Below are positions 62,078 to 64,000 of a stretch of DNA of 64,000 nt, piece after piece. The notes under the pieces are model-generated. The model saw nothing but the letters and a program-made list of their open reading frames with translations, had not been told where the DNA came from and made no database searches. The translations under genes were made by a program, and so were the position numbers. The DNA comes from an uncultured Desulfosarcina sp. (GTDB lineage Bacteria > Desulfobacterota > Desulfobacteria > Desulfobacterales > Desulfosarcinaceae): contig CAXXWQ010000003.1 in the NCBI GenBank assembly GCA_963674945.2, positions 1,024,001-1,088,000 on the forward strand. The letters run 5' to 3'. Numbering within the stretch: the first letter of the stretch is position 1; each line of letters starts with the position of its first letter.

Positions 62078-64000
62078 ATGAGCCGAAACAAACCATTGAA
62101 AATCCGGACACTCCTGTTGATTGCCGGCCTGGTTGGCCTGCTTTCCGGGGCCACTGTGGGTTCGTTTTTCGCCCTCACCCGGGACCTTCCCCAGATACGG
62201 GAACTGGAAAATTTCGAACCCTCCGCGGTGACCCATATCTATTCGGCGGACAAGGTCCTGCTCGCCGAACTCTTCCTCGAAAAACGAACGCCGATCCCTT
62301 TCAAGAAGATTCCATCCCACCTGAAAGATGCCCTGATCGTCACCGAGGACCGACAATTTTACATTCACGGCGGGATCGATCTGAAGGGAATCATTCGGGC
62401 CATCGTCAAGGACATCATGGCGGGCCAGTTCGTGGAAGGAGCCAGTACCATTACCCAACAGCTGGCCAAGACGCTCTTTTTATCACAGGAAAAGAAAATT
62501 TCCCGCAAGATCAAGGAAGCCCTGCTCGCCATCCAATTGGAAAAGCGATACACCAAAAACGAAATCCTCACACTGTACCTGAATCAGATCTACTTCGGCA
62601 GCGGCACCTACGGCGTGGAGGCGGCCTCCCGGCGCTACTTCGGCATTTCGGCGTCGCAGATGGACCTCGCCCAATGCGCCCTGATTGCCGGCCTGCCGAA
62701 GGCGCCATCCAGGTACAGCCCGCTGGCCAATCCGGACCTGGCCGAAAAACGGCGCAATCTGGTTCTGCGCATCATGAACGATCAGGGCCTCATTACGGAC
62801 GAAGATTACCGAATGGCCAAAACCGAGCCGGTCTTGAAGGATAAGAGCCCGACGAATAAAGGATCGGCATCCTATTTCGTGCAATATATCAAACCGGCAC
62901 TGGAGGCGGCCGTCGGTCCGAGCATGCTGTACAAGGGGGGGGTAACGGTTCATACGACACTGTCCCACAGTTTGCAGACCGCTGCTGAAACGTCGCTGAA
63001 AAAGGGGTTAACGGAAATCGGCGGGCGAATGACACGGCCACCAGAAGAGAACCGATCCCCCCAGGGCGCCCTCGTGGCAGTGGACGTGAGAACCGGCGGC
63101 ATCGTCGCCATGGTCGGCGGCGAGGATTTTTCCGACAGCGCCTTCAATCGGGCAACCGATGCCCGTCGCCAACCGGGATCCGCCTTCAAACCCATTATTT
63201 ATGCCCTTGCCATCACCCGTGGCTACACCCAGGCAACCCTGGTACTGGATGCGCCGGTGGCCTTTACGAGTGGGGATATGAAACAGGATTGGCTGCCGGA
63301 AAATTTCTCAAAGACGTATCAGGGAGAAATTACCCTCCGTCAGGCCCTGACACACTCCGAAAACATTCCCGCCGTCAGACTGGTGGACCAATTGGGACCA
63401 TCTGCCGTGGTGCAGTTCGCACATAAACTCGGAATCGATTCTCCCCTTGCCCCCAACCTCTCCATCGCACTGGGGACAGCCGACACCAACCTTTTGGAAC
63501 TGACCGGTGCATACGCCGTCTTCGCCAACGGGGGAAATCATATCACACCCTTCGGCGTTACTGAAATCGTCGATCGAGACGGTGTCTTATGCTGGCAGGC
63601 CAAACCGTCCGTCCGTCCGGTCATGTCCCGTTCCCAGGCGGCCATTATGGTGGACATGCTGCAAGGTGTCGTGGAGGAGGGAACGGGAAAGGGTGCAAAA
63701 CGGCTTGCATTTCCCGTGGCGGGCAAGACCGGAACGACGAGCGCCTACAAGGATGCCCTCTTCGTCGGATTCTCTCCGGTTATCGCCGCCGGCGTGTGGG
63801 TGGGAATGGACGATAATACGACGCTCGGTGAAATGGAAACCGGCTCCAGGGCCGCACTTCCCATCTGGGTCGACTTCATGGCGTCCACCTCGTCGCAAAC
63901 CCCTTTGATGTATTTTGACATTCCGGATAAGATGGAAAGAATTTGGATGAACCCCAAAAGTGGAAGGCTGGCACCCCATGATGCCGATGGTGCGGTGAAT
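62078..64000 (+). CDS. mrcA: Class A penicillin-binding protein 1A (runs off the window end)
   Basis: Own translation: N-terminal TM, EDRQFY-x-H-x-G, GASTITQQLAK, RKIKE, YLNQIYFG, QPGSAFKP, KTGT; missing from the ORF track because there is no stop in the window. Confidence 0.93.
   Translation, partial: MSRNKPLKIRTLLLIAGLVGLLSGATVGSFFALTRDLPQIRELENFEPSAVTHIYSADKVLLAELFLEKRTPIPFKKIPSHLKDALIVTEDRQFYIHGGIDLKGIIRAIVKDIMAGQFVEGASTITQQLAKTLFLSQEKKISRKIKEALLAIQLEKRYTKNEILTLYLNQIYFGSGTYGVEAASRRYFGISASQMDLAQCALIAGLPKAPSRYSPLANPDLAEKRRNLVLRIMNDQGLITDEDYRMAKTEPVLKDKSPTNKGSASYFVQYIKPALEAAVGPSMLYKGGVTVHTTLSHSLQTAAETSLKKGLTEIGGRMTRPPEENRSPQGALVAVDVRTGGIVAMVGGEDFSDSAFNRATDARRQPGSAFKPIIYALAITRGYTQATLVLDAPVAFTSGDMKQDWLPENFSKTYQGEITLRQALTHSENIPAVRLVDQLGPSAVVQFAHKLGIDSPLAPNLSIALGTADTNLLELTGAYAVFANGGNHITPFGVTEIVDRDGVLCWQAKPSVRPVMSRSQAAIMVDMLQGVVEEGTGKGAKRLAFPVAGKTGTTSAYKDALFVGFSPVIAAGVWVGMDDNTTLGEMETGSRAALPIWVDFMASTSSQTPLMYFDIPDKMERIWMNPKSGRLAPHDADGAVN

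Overview
Bacterial chromosomal window, probably from a sulfate-reducing Desulfobacterota (Desulfosarcina-like; inferred from gene content and repeat types). No rRNA, tRNA or CRISPR array was seen. Left to right: a PLD/ClsC-like lipoprotein; a sigma54-driven operon of GNAT, ATP-grasp ligase, PLP decarboxylase, small acidic Zn-ribbon protein and radical SAM, with a divergent enhancer-binding protein; a 2-oxoacid:acceptor oxidoreductase; an AT-richer island (KstD-like dehydrogenase, SDR, double Lrp, FadL, MarR, O-methyltransferase); a MacAB-type exporter; an L,D-transpeptidase; an IclR-linked cluster (Pot-like ABC importer, proline racemase-family enzyme, amidohydrolase, and a divergent double-length KamA-like aminomutase plus M23 protein); envelope lipoproteins with an M48-TPR protease; a radical SAM/SPASM enzyme; a MalT/BTAD regulator; a gene pair that looks like a split vitellogenin/MTP-type lipid-transfer protein; a mobile-DNA hotspot (two solo integron-like cassettes with attC sites, higA with a broken higB, an IS4 with a 10-bp target duplication); a His-rich protein; and PBP1A running off the end. 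The best candidates for undescribed systems are the split lipid-transfer pair, the KamA-like aminomutase cluster and the sigma54 ATP-grasp operon. All family assignments come from motif recognition by eye, with no database searches.
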